A stretch of DNA of 64,000 nucleotides from an uncultured delta proteobacterium. Lineage in GTDB: Bacteria > Desulfobacterota > Desulfobacteria > Desulfobacterales > Desulfatirhabdiaceae. Shown here one piece after another: positions 20,881 to 31,111 of the stretch. The first letter of the stretch is position 1; each line of letters starts with the position of its first letter. The notes beneath the pieces were generated by a model, which was given only the letters and a program-made list of their open reading frames with translations, made no database searches and was not told the origin of the DNA. Where the stretch lies: contig CAWBKP010000024.1 in the NCBI GenBank assembly GCA_963789395.1, forward strand, positions 32,001 through 96,000. Direction: 5' to 3'. A program made the translations under genes and the position numbers.

Positions 20881-23800
20881 CCATTCGAATCGGATTTTAT
20901 ATCTGTCACTGCGGCATCAATATCGCCGGCAAGGTCCGGGTTGTCGAAGTCGCCGATTTTACCGGAAAGCTTCGTCATGTAGCGGTGGCCAGGGACTATC
21001 GCTTTATGTGTTCGGATCCTGGCCAGGCCATGATCGAAAAAGATATTCATGATTTTGGACTGAACCGGGTGGTCGTGGCGTCGTGCTCTCCCCGGCTTCA
21101 CGAAAAAACCTTTCAGTCAGCCTGCAGGCGGGCCGGCCTGAATCCCTATATGTTTCAGATGGCTTCGGTCCGGGAGCAGGTCTCCTGGGTAACACTGGAT
21201 GAAGATGAGGCCACCCAGAAAGCCAAGTCACTGGCAGCAGCTGCCATCAGCCGGGTCGTTTTTCATCACAGCCTGGAAACCCGGGAAGTTCCGGTGCATC
21301 CGGATGTGCTGGTCGTGGGTGCCGGTATTGCCGGCATGCAGGCGGCGCTGGACATCGCGGCCGCCGATCATAAGGTGTATCTTGTGGAAAAATCCAGCAC
21401 CATCGGCGGCCACATGCTTCAGTTCGACAAGACATTTCCGACCCTGGACTGCGCGGCCTGTATCGGCACGCCCAAAATGGTGGATGTGGCCCAGCACCCC
21501 AAGATCGAGCTTCTGTCTTACAGCGAGGTGACCGAGCTGTCCGGTTATATCGGCAATTATACGGCCAGAATCCGGCGGCTGCCGCGATATGTGAAAGAAG
21601 GCATATGTACGGGCTGCGGGGAGTGCACCGCTGTTTGTCCGGTGATTCTGCCCAGCGAGTGGGATGAAGGCCTGGGAAACCGGAAAGCCGTTTTCCGGGC
21701 CTTTCCCCAGGCGGTTCCCATCACCTTCTGCATCGATAAAAACGACCGGGCTCCCTGCGTGGGCGCGTGTCCGGCCCATGCCAACGTTCAGGGTTATATC
21801 CAGCTCATCAAACAGAAAAAGTACAAGGAAGCGGTGCAGCTGATCATGGAGCGGATTCCCCTTCCCGGAGTCCTGGGACGGGTCTGCCCGCATCCCTGCG
21901 AGACGAAATGCCGGCGGGCCGAAGTGGATTCGGCCGTCGCCATTCGGGATTTAAAGCGATTTGCCGCGGACCAGGTGGACTTTAACACACTGGATATGCC
22001 GCTGATCGAAGAAAACAACCTGAAAGTGGCGGTGATCGGCTCGGGCCCGGCAGGGCTGACGGTTGCTTATGATATGCGGCTGAAAGGTTACGGTGTAAAT
22101 ATTCTGGAAGCACAGCCCAAGCTGGGCGGCATGCTGCGATACGGAATTCCCGACTACCGCCTGCCGCAGACCGTGCTGGATGCCGAGATCGGTTACATTC
22201 TTCGCATGGGAGTCACCGCCCGGTGTCAGGTCCGGTTCGGGCAGGACATCACCCTGAAAGATCTGGAACAGGAAGGGTACGGCGCCGTGTTTATGGGCAT
22301 CGGGGCTCAGGAATGTCTTAAAATCGGCATACCCGGCGAATCGGATACGCCCGGGGTGCTGGATGCCATCCGCTTTCTCCGGGAAGTAAACAAGCAATCC
22401 GAGACAACTCCCGATTTTGGCGGAAAGCAGGTGGCGGTCATCGGCGGCGGCAATGTCGCCATGGATGCGGCGCGGGTTGCCCGGCGCCTGGGCGCAGGCC
22501 GTGTAACCCTGGTTTATCGCCGCACGGAACAGGAAATGCCGGCTTACGCCGATGAAATCCACGAGGCCAGGGAAGAGAACATCGTGTTTCAGTTTTTGAC
22601 CCTGCCGGTCCGGGTGGTTCAGGCGCCGGACGGACGGGTTTCCGGGCTGGAATGTGTGGCTACACAATTGGGCGAATCGGATGCCGGCGGCAGGCGAAGA
22701 CCTGAAATCATACCGGATTCGGAATATATCATTCCCTGCGACTGGATTATTCCGGCCATCGGCCAGAGCGTTGATTCTTCATGGGCCGAGGAAACCTGCC
22801 CCCTGGAATGCTCGCCGAAAAACACCATCATCGTAAATCCCAAAACTCTTCAAACTTCCATCCCTCATGTTTTTGCCGGCGGAGATGCGGTCAGCGGTCC
22901 GGCGACAGTTGTGGATGCCGTGGCAGCCGGACATCGGGCAGCCGAAGCCATGGATCTATTTCTTCAGGGGCTTTCCCTTGATAGCCTGCAGTCGGAGATT
23001 TCCTATTCCGGACAAACCTGGAAAGAAATCCCCAATGATTGCATACCCAGAGAACGAGCTGAATTGTCCTGCCGGGAGCCGGGCAATCGTGCCGAGTGCT
23101 TTGAGGAAGTCTCCGCCGGGTTTTCCGAAACTGAGGCCCACGGTGAAACAGAGCGGTGCCTGAACTGCGGCGGGTGCTGCGAGTGCATGGAATGCGTCCG
23201 GGCCTGCGCTGCAAAAGCCATCGATCATACCATGACCGAAACATCCCTGGAAGTTCAGGTGGGAACCGTGATTCTGGCAACCGGGTTTGATCTGATGGAT
23301 CCTTCGCCCCTTTCCCAGTTTGGATACGGCGTGTTTCCCAATGTGTTTACGAGCCTTGAGTTTGAGCGGATCAGCAATGCCACGGGGCCAACAGGCGGCA
23401 AGATTCTGATGCGAGATGCCGCCGGAGAATTTACAACGCCTCCGGAAAGCGTCGCCATTCTGCATTGCATCGGCAGCCGGGATGTTAACTGCCATGAATA
23501 CTGCTCCCGTGTCTGCTGCATGGCGGCGCTGAAATACACGCATCTGATCAAGGAAAAAGTCGGCCATCACACCCGTGTTTATGATTTTTATATTGATATG
23601 CGCTGCTTTGGCGAAGGGTACGAAGAGTTTTACCGCAGGTGTCAGGAGGAAGGAACGCAGTTTATCCGTGGCAAGGTTGCCGAGATTACCGACCGGGCGT
23701 TGCGTCCGGAGGAAAAAGGCAAACTGATCGCGATTGCCGAGGATACCCTTCTGGGAAAATGCATCCGGGTCCCGGTGGATATGGTGGTACTGTGCTCGGC

Positions 23801-24305
23801 CATCGAAGCGCGAAAGGATGCCCTGTCCGTCGGCCGGATTTTCGGCGTCAATCTGGGGGCGGATGGGTTCTTCCTGGAAGAACATCCCAAGCTGGGGCCG
23901 CTCAATACGGCAACCGAAGGCGTCTTTATTGCCGGGGCCTGCCAGTCCCCCAAGGATATCCCCGACACGGTGGCACAGGCATCCGGCGCCGCGGCCAAGG
24001 CGCTCTCCCTGGCGTCCAGAGGCCGGGTGACGGTCCAGTCCGTCATTTCCTGGATCGATCCGGATATCTGTGCGGGCTGTCAGCTCTGTATCCCGCTCTG
24101 TCCTTACTCGGCCATCGAATTTGACGACCGCCGAAGCATATCGGTCGTCAACGAAGCCGTCTGCAAGGGCTGCGGAAGCTGTTCCGGAGCTTGTCCCAGC
24201 GGCGCGGCCCAGGTTCGGCATTTCAGAAAAGAGCACCTGTTCGCCGAATTTGAAGGGATGATGGATGTGATCTGCAGACTAGGAAGTCAGAAATCAGGAA
24301 GTTAA
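20877..24305 (+). CDS. hdrA: HdrL-like heterodisulfide reductase subunit A with inserted GltD/NfnB-like NAD(P)H module
   Basis: ICHCGINI, GAGIAG, DKTFPTLDC, LEFERI, HCIGSRD...YCSRVCCMAALK; insert with APCVGACP, LGRVCPHPCE, GSGPAGL, GGGNVAMD, YRR; C-terminal ferredoxin. Confidence 0.92.
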   Translation: MTIRIGFYICHCGINIAGKVRVVEVADFTGKLRHVAVARDYRFMCSDPGQAMIEKDIHDFGLNRVVVASCSPRLHEKTFQSACRRAGLNPYMFQMASVREQVSWVTLDEDEATQKAKSLAAAAISRVVFHHSLETREVPVHPDVLVVGAGIAGMQAALDIAAADHKVYLVEKSSTIGGHMLQFDKTFPTLDCAACIGTPKMVDVAQHPKIELLSYSEVTELSGYIGNYTARIRRLPRYVKEGICTGCGECTAVCPVILPSEWDEGLGNRKAVFRAFPQAVPITFCIDKNDRAPCVGACPAHANVQGYIQLIKQKKYKEAVQLIMERIPLPGVLGRVCPHPCETKCRRAEVDSAVAIRDLKRFAADQVDFNTLDMPLIEENNLKVAVIGSGPAGLTVAYDMRLKGYGVNILEAQPKLGGMLRYGIPDYRLPQTVLDAEIGYILRMGVTARCQVRFGQDITLKDLEQEGYGAVFMGIGAQECLKIGIPGESDTPGVLDAIRFLREVNKQSETTPDFGGKQVAVIGGGNVAMDAARVARRLGAGRVTLVYRRTEQEMPAYADEIHEAREENIVFQFLTLPVRVVQAPDGRVSGLECVATQLGESDAGGRRRPEIIPDSEYIIPCDWIIPAIGQSVDSSWAEETCPLECSPKNTIIVNPKTLQTSIPHVFAGGDAVSGPATVVDAVAAGHRAAEAMDLFLQGLSLDSLQSEISYSGQTWKEIPNDCIPRERAELSCREPGNRAECFEEVSAGFSETEAHGETERCLNCGGCCECMECVRACAAKAIDHTMTETSLEVQVGTVILATGFDLMDPSPLSQFGYGVFPNVFTSLEFERISNATGPTGGKILMRDAAGEFTTPPESVAILHCIGSRDVNCHEYCSRVCCMAALKYTHLIKEKVGHHTRVYDFYIDMRCFGEGYEEFYRRCQEEGTQFIRGKVAEITDRALRPEEKGKLIAIAEDTLLGKCIRVPVDMVVLCSAIEARKDALSVGRIFGVNLGADGFFLEEHPKLGPLNTATEGVFIAGACQSPKDIPDTVAQASGAAAKALSLASRGRVTVQSVISWIDPDICAGCQLCIPLCPYSAIEFDDRRSISVVNEAVCKGCGSCSGACPSGAAQVRHFRKEHLFAEFEGMMDVICRLGSQKSGS

Positions 24306-24346
24306 TAAATCGTGAAGAGCTGAACGGAAAGTCAGTTTATGAATAC

Positions 24347-24518
24347 AAATTCGAAATCCGAAGCACGAAATTCGAAACAATGCTCAAAAATTTAATGTTC
24401 AAAACGGTACACGTTCAATCTGGTAGTTTCGGATATTTTGACATTAGAATTTAGAATTTGTTTCGAATTTCGGATTTAGATATTCGGATTTTGCCTGAAC
24501 GGAATTTGCGTTTGGACA
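24347..24518. repeat. Palindromic heptamer-repeat element ending in a TTGCCTGAACG hairpin
   Basis: aaattcg-aaatccg-aagcacg-aaattcg-aaacaa; perfect 15-bp inverted pair 24366-24380 / 24458-24472. Confidence 0.75.
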
Positions 24519-24540
24519 CTATATAGATAAGGAGAATGAC

Positions 24541-24960
24541 ATGGAAGCTTTTGAACCTTCAATCGTGGCCTTTGTCTGTAACTGGTGCACCTATACGGCG
24601 GCGGACCTGGCCGGAACCTCGCGGCTGTCATATCCCAAATCCGTTCGCCTGATTCGCGTGATGTGTACGGGGATGGTGGATCCCCAGTATGTTCTAAAAG
24701 CCCTTCTGGAAGGGGCGGACGCGGTACTGGTCAGCGGATGTCACCCTGGAGATTGTCACTATATCAACGGCAATTTCAAGGCCAGAAGACGTATAAAGCT
24801 TCTGAAGGAAATCCTTCCCCAGTTCGGTTTTGAGCCGGAGAGGCTTCGGCTGACATGGATCGGCGCCAGCGACGGCATTCAGTTCGCAGAAGTCATGCAA
24901 AAAATGGTGGCGCAGATTCAGGCCTTAGGCCCTTCAAAAGCCGGCCGCATGGCCGCTTGA
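24541..24960 (+). CDS. mvhD: MvhD/FlxD [2Fe-2S] subunit
   Basis: CNWCTYTAADLAG, RVMCTG, GCHPGDCHYINGN; AAGGAG RBS. Confidence 0.93.
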   Translation: MEAFEPSIVAFVCNWCTYTAADLAGTSRLSYPKSVRLIRVMCTGMVDPQYVLKALLEGADAVLVSGCHPGDCHYINGNFKARRRIKLLKEILPQFGFEPERLRLTWIGASDGIQFAEVMQKMVAQIQALGPSKAGRMAA

Positions 24961-25022
24961 AAGCGCTCCGGGGCGGCTGGAACACTGTGGCCATGCATGG
25001 TTATTGAAACAACGGAGGAAAT

Positions 25023-26171
25023 ATGACGTCATCCCCTCGAAAACTGGAGGTCGCCGAACAGGATATTCTGGGTGCGCTCAGAAGATTTTTTCAGTCCATT
25101 CTGGAGCTGGAAGACATCGGTGCGATTCTGGCGCCCCGACGCCTTCCCGTTCAATCCGTGGTAATGCCGGCGCTCATCAGCGACCCGAAGTGTTTGGCTG
25201 AAATCGATCCCCTGGCGCCGGCCTTTTTTCTGAATGCCGCCCGGATAGTTTCCCGGCTGAGCCGGAAATCCCTGGGACAAAAAATTGCGGTTGTGCTCCG
25301 TCCCTGCGAAATCCGGGCGTTTATCGAACTGGTTAAACTCAAACAAGGGTCCATGGATGAAATTCTGATCATGGGGCTGGACTGTCAGGGCGCGTATCGC
25401 AATTCGGATTACCGGCGCTTTGCATCGGATGGTCCGGATGCATCCACCGTGAAATTCTTCTTTGGCGCGCTGTCCGGATCGCCATCCGTTATGGAGGGCA
25501 TTGACCTGACAACCGCCTGCAAGGCCTGCGAGCACCCGATTCCAACCGGTGCCGATATCGCCGTCGGGTTTTTGGGGATCTCTCCCCTGGATCATCTTCT
25601 GGTTCAGGGCCAGAGCCCGAAAGGCGAAGAAGTGCTTTCGCGCCTGGGTCTGGAGGAGACCGCAGTCCCCGCTTCGCGGCCAGAAGCCATCGAAGCACTG
25701 ATTTCAGCACGGTTTCATGCAAGGGACAGCCTCTTTGACCAGACCCGGGAGGCGACGAATACCCTCGAGAAATTGACGGCTTATCTGGCGGGCTGCGTCA
25801 ACTGCTACAACTGCCGGGTCGCCTGTCCGGTGTGTTATTGCCGGGAATGCGTGTTCACCACGGACGTATTTGACCATGAACCCTTTCAGTATCTTCAGTG
25901 GGCGCATCGCAAAGGGGAGATCAAAATGCCGACCGATACGGTATTTTACCATCTGACCCGTCTGGTGCACATGAGCACGGCCTGTGTGGGGTGCGGCCAG
26001 TGTTCCAATGCCTGTCCCAGCCAGATCCCCCTGACGGAACTGTTCCGCGCAACGGCCATCCGAACGCAGCGCGCGTTTGATTACGAAGCGGGCATGGATC
26101 CGGATGCGCCGCCGCCGATGACCGTGTTTCGGGAACATGAATTTGTTGAAGTGGTGGGTTTGTCTGAATAA
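25023..26171 (+). CDS. FdhB/FrhB-like Fe-S protein (F420-dependent formate dehydrogenase beta-like)
   Basis: RPCEIRAFIELVKLKQ, GLDCQG, CKACE, CVNCYNCRVACPVCYCREC, CVGCGQCSNACP. Confidence 0.8.
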   Translation: MTSSPRKLEVAEQDILGALRRFFQSILELEDIGAILAPRRLPVQSVVMPALISDPKCLAEIDPLAPAFFLNAARIVSRLSRKSLGQKIAVVLRPCEIRAFIELVKLKQGSMDEILIMGLDCQGAYRNSDYRRFASDGPDASTVKFFFGALSGSPSVMEGIDLTTACKACEHPIPTGADIAVGFLGISPLDHLLVQGQSPKGEEVLSRLGLEETAVPASRPEAIEALISARFHARDSLFDQTREATNTLEKLTAYLAGCVNCYNCRVACPVCYCRECVFTTDVFDHEPFQYLQWAHRKGEIKMPTDTVFYHLTRLVHMSTACVGCGQCSNACPSQIPLTELFRATAIRTQRAFDYEAGMDPDAPPPMTVFREHEFVEVVGLSE

Positions 26172-26181
26172 GGAGATCAAC

Positions 26182-29100
26182 ATGAATCGAAAAGCAGGTT
26201 GCGCTTTGATTGTCGGAGGCGGCATCAGCGGCATGCGCGCGGCTCTGGACCTGGCGGAAACCGGATACGGTGTTACCCTCGTTGAGCAGGCGCCTTATCT
26301 GGGAGGCATCGTGTCCCAGCTCGATCATCAATTCCCCACCAATCATTGCGGTATGTGCCGGATGCTGCCGCTTCTGGATCGGGATTCGGGCTCTCAATAC
26401 TGCCTGCGCAAGGACCTGGTCCATGAAAATATCGATATCCGTCTGTCCACGGAAGTCATGACCGTGGCAGGGGAAGCCGGCGGTTATGAGGTGTCGCTGC
26501 GAAAAAAACCTGCCGGAGTGGACTGGCTTAAATGTATCGGATGCGGCGCCTGCACGCAGGTGTGTCCGGTGGAAGTTCCGGATATGTTCAATTCAGGGCT
26601 TTCAAAGCGAAAAGCCATTTATCCTGCGGCGCCTTACCGGGTTTTAAATTCCTACCGGATTGATTTTTCGGCCTGCACCCGATGCGGGGCCTGTGTAGCG
26701 GCATGCCCGACAGGCGCTGTTTATCTTCGGGAGATGGAGCGAAAACTGTTTCGTGTTCTGGTTGTGGACGATGAGCTGATTGTCCGGGATTCCATCCGGG
26801 AGTGGCTGATCGAAGAAGGTTTTGATGCGGACATGGCCGGATCGGGTCAGGAGGCTCTTAGCCGGATGGTGGAGTCATCATTTCAGCTCATGCTGCTGGA
26901 CATCAAGATGCCGGGCATGGATGGTGTGGAGGTGCTTAAAAAAGCCAAAGAAATCGCCCCGGAAGTGACTGTTGTCATGATGACGGCGTATGCCACGGTG
27001 GAAACCGCCATCGAAGCCATGAAAACCGGCGCCCTGGAATACCTGATCAAGCCCTTTGAAATCGATGTGCTGATGCCGATGGTGGAAAAGCGTTTTTCAG
27101 AGTTTATGGCGGCCAAGGGATGAAAAAATCCGGGTCGGCGCCATTGTGCTGGCAGGCGGCGCAGCGTTCTACAACCCGTCCAGCGGTAAAAACACGCTGG
27201 GGTACGGCGTTTATCCCAATGTTCTCACCAGCATGGAATTCGAGCGCCTGATCAGCAATGCCGGCCCCTGTGCGGGAAGCCCCATACGTACCGGAGACGG
27301 GAAGCCCATCTCCCGGATTGCCTGGATTCAGTGCGTGGGCTCACGGGATCTTCAAGCCGGCGCGGATTTCTGCTCCAGCATCTGCTGCATGATTTCCATC
27401 AAGGAGGCCCTGCTGGCCCAAGAAAAACTGGGGCCAAAACTGACCACCGACATTTATTACATGGATGTTCGTGCATGCGGCAAAAATTATCACCGGTATA
27501 AGGAAACGGCGGAAACAACCGGCAATGTCCATTTTATCAGGGGACGGGCGCATACGGTCGTTTCAGACCCGGATTCAGGCGATCTGAAAATCCGGTATGT
27601 AACGGTTTCAGGTGCGGATACAGAGTCGGCCTATGACCTCATCGTGCTGGCTGTGGGTCAGCGGCCCCATCCCGATATGGGGGCGTGGGCTGAAAAATAC
27701 GGCCTGTCCTTAAACGATTGGGGATTTGCCGAAACCATCCCGTTTTCCCGAACCCAGAGCCGGAAACAGGGCGTTTTACTGGCCGGATCCTTTTCAGGCC
27801 TGAAGGATATCCGCGAATCGGTGACGCATGCCTCAGCCGCTGCACTGGCCGCATCCCGCGTGATACATCAGGCGGGCGGGGGAAATGCGTTGATTTCCGC
27901 ACCGGCCCGGACAGAAGTCCGAAATGTCTCCCGCGAACCTTCCCGCGTGCTGGTCGTGATCTGCGCCTGTGACGGGATGCTGACACCTTTCCTGGATGCC
28001 GCTGAAATCGAGCACCGGCTTATAAAGGACCCGGCGGTGACAAGTCTTCTGGTATTCAATCGCATCTGTGCGGGACCGGAAATGGAGAGCCTGATTCAGG
28101 AAATCGAAAGCCGTCAGCCAAACCGCCTCTTGATTGCCGCCGGCACCGCGTGCGCGGACCAGGTTCGGGATATCGGAAAGTCTGCCGGAATTCACCCCAA
28201 CCTCATCCGTGTTGTTGAGATTCGCAGTCCGGTCTTTCGCTTCACGAAACTGCCGGATTTCCAGGAATCAACGCGGATTACGCAAACCCTGATGCCCATT
28301 CTGAGCATGGGAATATCCGAGCTGAAATACGTGGGGTCCGAATCCCTCCCGGAAACGAATGTTGTCAGGCGGGCGATGGTTGTCGGCGGCGGTATCGCCG
28401 GCATGAGCGCGGCACTGGCAATCGCCGATCATGGATATCCGGTGGATCTGATCGAGCGCGCTGAAAAACTTGGCGGTAATCTCAACTGGATTCGCCAGAC
28501 ACTGGAAGGCTATGCTGTTGGACCATTTCTGGATACAATCCGGCAAAAAATTGAAAAACACCCCCAGATCCACGTTTACAGCCAAGCGACTGTCATCAGC
28601 ACCTGGGGAGAGGCGGGCCGGTTTTATTCGGCGGTTTCGGCCCGTGAAGGCGCCGTGATCCAACTGGAGCATGGCGCCGTGATTCTGGCCACCGGCGGCA
28701 TGGAGGCGCCGACGCAGCTCTATGGGCATGGCGTGCATCCGGCAGTAATGACCCAGAAAGAGCTGGAACAATCCCTTAAAAGCGGAACGGCTGTTCCGGA
28801 GAAACTGGAGTCCGTGGTCATGATCCAGTGCGTGGGTTCCCGGGAAGACCCCAGAAATTATTGCAGCAGAATCTGCTGCCCGACCGCCATCAAACAGGCG
28901 CTTTATCTCAAGAGTCAACACCCCGGGGTTCAGATTTATGTGTTGTACCGGGACATGATGGTGACCGGATTTTCAGAAAGTTATTACACCCAGGCGCGAA
29001 AGGCCGGTATTCTGTTTATCCCCTATACTCTGGGGAACAAACCCCGGGTCGAGACCGACCGGACCCGGCCTGTTGTGGCTGTTTTTGAACCCATCATTGA

Positions 29101-29611
29101 TCAATTGCTTGAAATCGAGGCCGATATCATTGTTCTGGCCACAGGCCTCATGCCCGATTTCCCGCAGAATCTGGCGGAAATTTATCAGGCCGATCGCGAT
29201 ACAGACGGTTTTTTTCAAGAAGCGGACGTCAAATGGCGGCCGGTAGATGCCATGAAACCCGGCATGTTTGGTTGCGGCATCGTGAATTCACCGCAATCCA
29301 TCCCCGATGCAATTGCATCCGCGGAGGCTGCGGCCCAGCGATCGCTTCGGATTCTGAGCAGGCAGAGCCTGCCGTCCGGACGGATCACCGCCAGGGTTCG
29401 CCACAGCCTCTGCAGCCGCTGCCATATCTGTATCGATGCCTGCCCCTATCATGCCAGGGCCTGGAATGCGGAGCTGGACAAAATTGATGTGAATGCTGCA
29501 GCGTGCCAGGGCTGCGGGGCCTGCGCGGCCATCTGCCCCAACAGCGCCGCGGTGGTGGATGGGCTTCTCATGCCGCAATTCTTTGAAATGATCGATGCAA
29601 GTTTAGGCTAA
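26182..29611 (+). CDS. hdrA: Tandem HdrA-type flavoprotein with inserted response-regulator receiver domain; +1 frameshift at about 27118-27120
   Basis: GGGISG, QFPTNHCGMC, two ferredoxin motifs, receiver at about 26752-27100, then in the +1 frame DEKIRVGAIVLAGG, MEFERL, QCVGSRD...CSSICC...IK; second half GGGIAG, QCVGSRE...YCSRICC...IK, terminal ferredoxin. Confidence 0.87.
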
Positions 29612-29667
29612 AGGCCAGGGCAATAGGCTATGGGCTATATGTCGTTACCCATTGCCCATAGCTTTTA
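29605..29667. repeat. Short palindromic heptamer array (AGGCTAT/AGCCTAT type)
   Basis: aggctaa-aggccag-ggcaat-aggctat-gggctat...tacccat-tgcccat-agc; related array at 47779-47827. Confidence 0.55.
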
Positions 29668-29680
29668 TCTGAGAGGTGAC

Positions 29681-30232
29681 ATGAAAGAAAACACATCAGC
29701 GGCTACTGCGGATCAGCTATCTGCCATCAGCGATAAAGTCAACGCCTGCATCCAATGCGGCACATGCTCCGCGTCATGCCCGAATGCATTTGCCATGGAC
29801 TTTACCCCGCGGCATTTGTGGCGGCTGCTTCAGGCTGGCCAGATTCAGGCTGTTTTAACAAGCATGTCCTTCAGCCTGTGCTCAACATGCTACTCCTGTA
29901 CGCTGCGATGTCCCAGGGGACTGCCCCTGACGGATATCATGAGCGCCTTGAAACAGGTCAGCGCCAGACAGCTGCCGATGCCGGATCCTTCGGGCGTTTT
30001 GTTTTACCAAAAATTTCTGGAAAGCGTGCGACGGCACGGCCGGGTTCGGGAAATGGAATTCATGACGCGCTATTTTTCAGCCATGAAAAATCCCCTGCTG
30101 CCGTTTCAGTTTGCATCGCTGGGGATCAGGCTTCTGTCCAGAAACAAGCTGCCCTTACAACTGCCGTCAAGGGGCAGTGAACGCCTGAACGCCCTGTTTT
30201 GCAGGGTGAATGAAATGGAGGATACCTCATGA
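29681..30232 (+). CDS. hdrC: Heterodisulfide reductase subunit C
   Basis: CIQCGTCSASCP and CSTCYSCTLRCPRG; GAGGTG RBS before ATG at 29681. Confidence 0.9.
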   Translation: MKENTSAATADQLSAISDKVNACIQCGTCSASCPNAFAMDFTPRHLWRLLQAGQIQAVLTSMSFSLCSTCYSCTLRCPRGLPLTDIMSALKQVSARQLPMPDPSGVLFYQKFLESVRRHGRVREMEFMTRYFSAMKNPLLPFQFASLGIRLLSRNKLPLQLPSRGSERLNALFCRVNEMEDTS

Positions 30233-31098
30233 AATATCTCTATTATCCCGGATGTTCTCTGGAGGGGTCGGCTCTGGAATATAATATTTCAACAAAGGCC
30301 GTGTTAGCTGCGCTGGGGGTGGAGCTGCAGGAACTGCCCGACTGGACATGTTGCGGCGCTACAGCTGCGTCAGCCGTAAGCCCCCTGCTGTCCCTGGCCC
30401 TCCCTGCCCGAAATCTGGCCATTGCGGAAAGCATTGCGGACGGCTGCGACATACTGGTTCCGTGCAGCGCCTGTTATCTGAATTTGAAAAAAGCAGAAGA
30501 AACCATCCGCAGGGAGCCGGGTATGCTGGATAAGCTGAACGAGATTCTTGAAACCGAGAACCTGAAACTAAGCGGCCGGGTACGGGTGCGCCACCTGCTG
30601 GATGTGCTTTCCCGGGACATCACGTCAACGCAGATTCAATCCCGTACAGAAAGACCCCTTTCCAGGCTGAGCATCGCGCCCTATTACGGGTGCCAGTGCC
30701 TTCGTCCTTACCCTGTTTTCGACAATCCCGAAAAGCCCGTTTCCATGAATGCGATGATCGAGGAAGCCGGCGCACGGGTTCACCCATGGACCATGGGAGG
30801 TGTCTGCTGCGGGGCTTCCAACTTGAACACGCATCCGTCCGTCGGAATTTCTCTGGTATCCGATCTGTTGAAAGAAGCCCGGGGCGCGGATGCCATTGTA
30901 ACGGTCTGCCCCATGTGTCAATTGAATCTGGAAGCGTATCAGCATAAAGTCTCTGCTGCCTGTAATGAACCCCTACAAATCGCCGTTTTGTATCTTCCCC
31001 AGCTTCTGGGAATCGCTTTCGGGCTTCCAAATGTCGACATCCGGCTGGATTTGAATCTTTCCGCAAATGAAGTTTTCAGAATCAAATGCAAGAGATAA
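30229..31098 (+). CDS. hdrB: Heterodisulfide reductase subunit B
   Basis: Two CCG domains: YYPGC...WTCCG...PCSAC and YYGC...CCGA...CPMCQ; ATGA overlap with hdrC. Confidence 0.93.
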   Translation: MKYLYYPGCSLEGSALEYNISTKAVLAALGVELQELPDWTCCGATAASAVSPLLSLALPARNLAIAESIADGCDILVPCSACYLNLKKAEETIRREPGMLDKLNEILETENLKLSGRVRVRHLLDVLSRDITSTQIQSRTERPLSRLSIAPYYGCQCLRPYPVFDNPEKPVSMNAMIEEAGARVHPWTMGGVCCGASNLNTHPSVGISLVSDLLKEARGADAIVTVCPMCQLNLEAYQHKVSAACNEPLQIAVLYLPQLLGIAFGLPNVDIRLDLNLSANEVFRIKCKR

Positions 31099-31111
31099 AT
31101 AAAGGGGAACC

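Noticed and set aside
22956..24236. Long antisense ORFs (also 32600-33643, 44060-45136, 49153-50055, 57523-58476)
   Set aside because: These are shadows of well-supported genes on the opposite strand, expected from GC-rich codon bias, and carry no protein motifs.
24347..24501. CRISPR array
   Set aside because: The units are degenerate 7-mers in an inverted arrangement with no unique spacers, and no cas genes are present.
27121..27123. TGA in hdrA as a possible selenocysteine codon (HdrA and MvhD are often selenoproteins)
   Set aside because: The downstream HdrA sequence is in the +1 frame, so readthrough would not restore it, and the position is not a Cys site. All Cys motifs in hdrA, mvhD and hdrB use normal Cys codons.
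27110..27135. Programmed ribosomal frameshift producing short and long HdrA forms
   Set aside because: There is no canonical slippery site before the stop, and similar one-base shifts hit housekeeping genes throughout the window. It cannot be fully excluded without reads.
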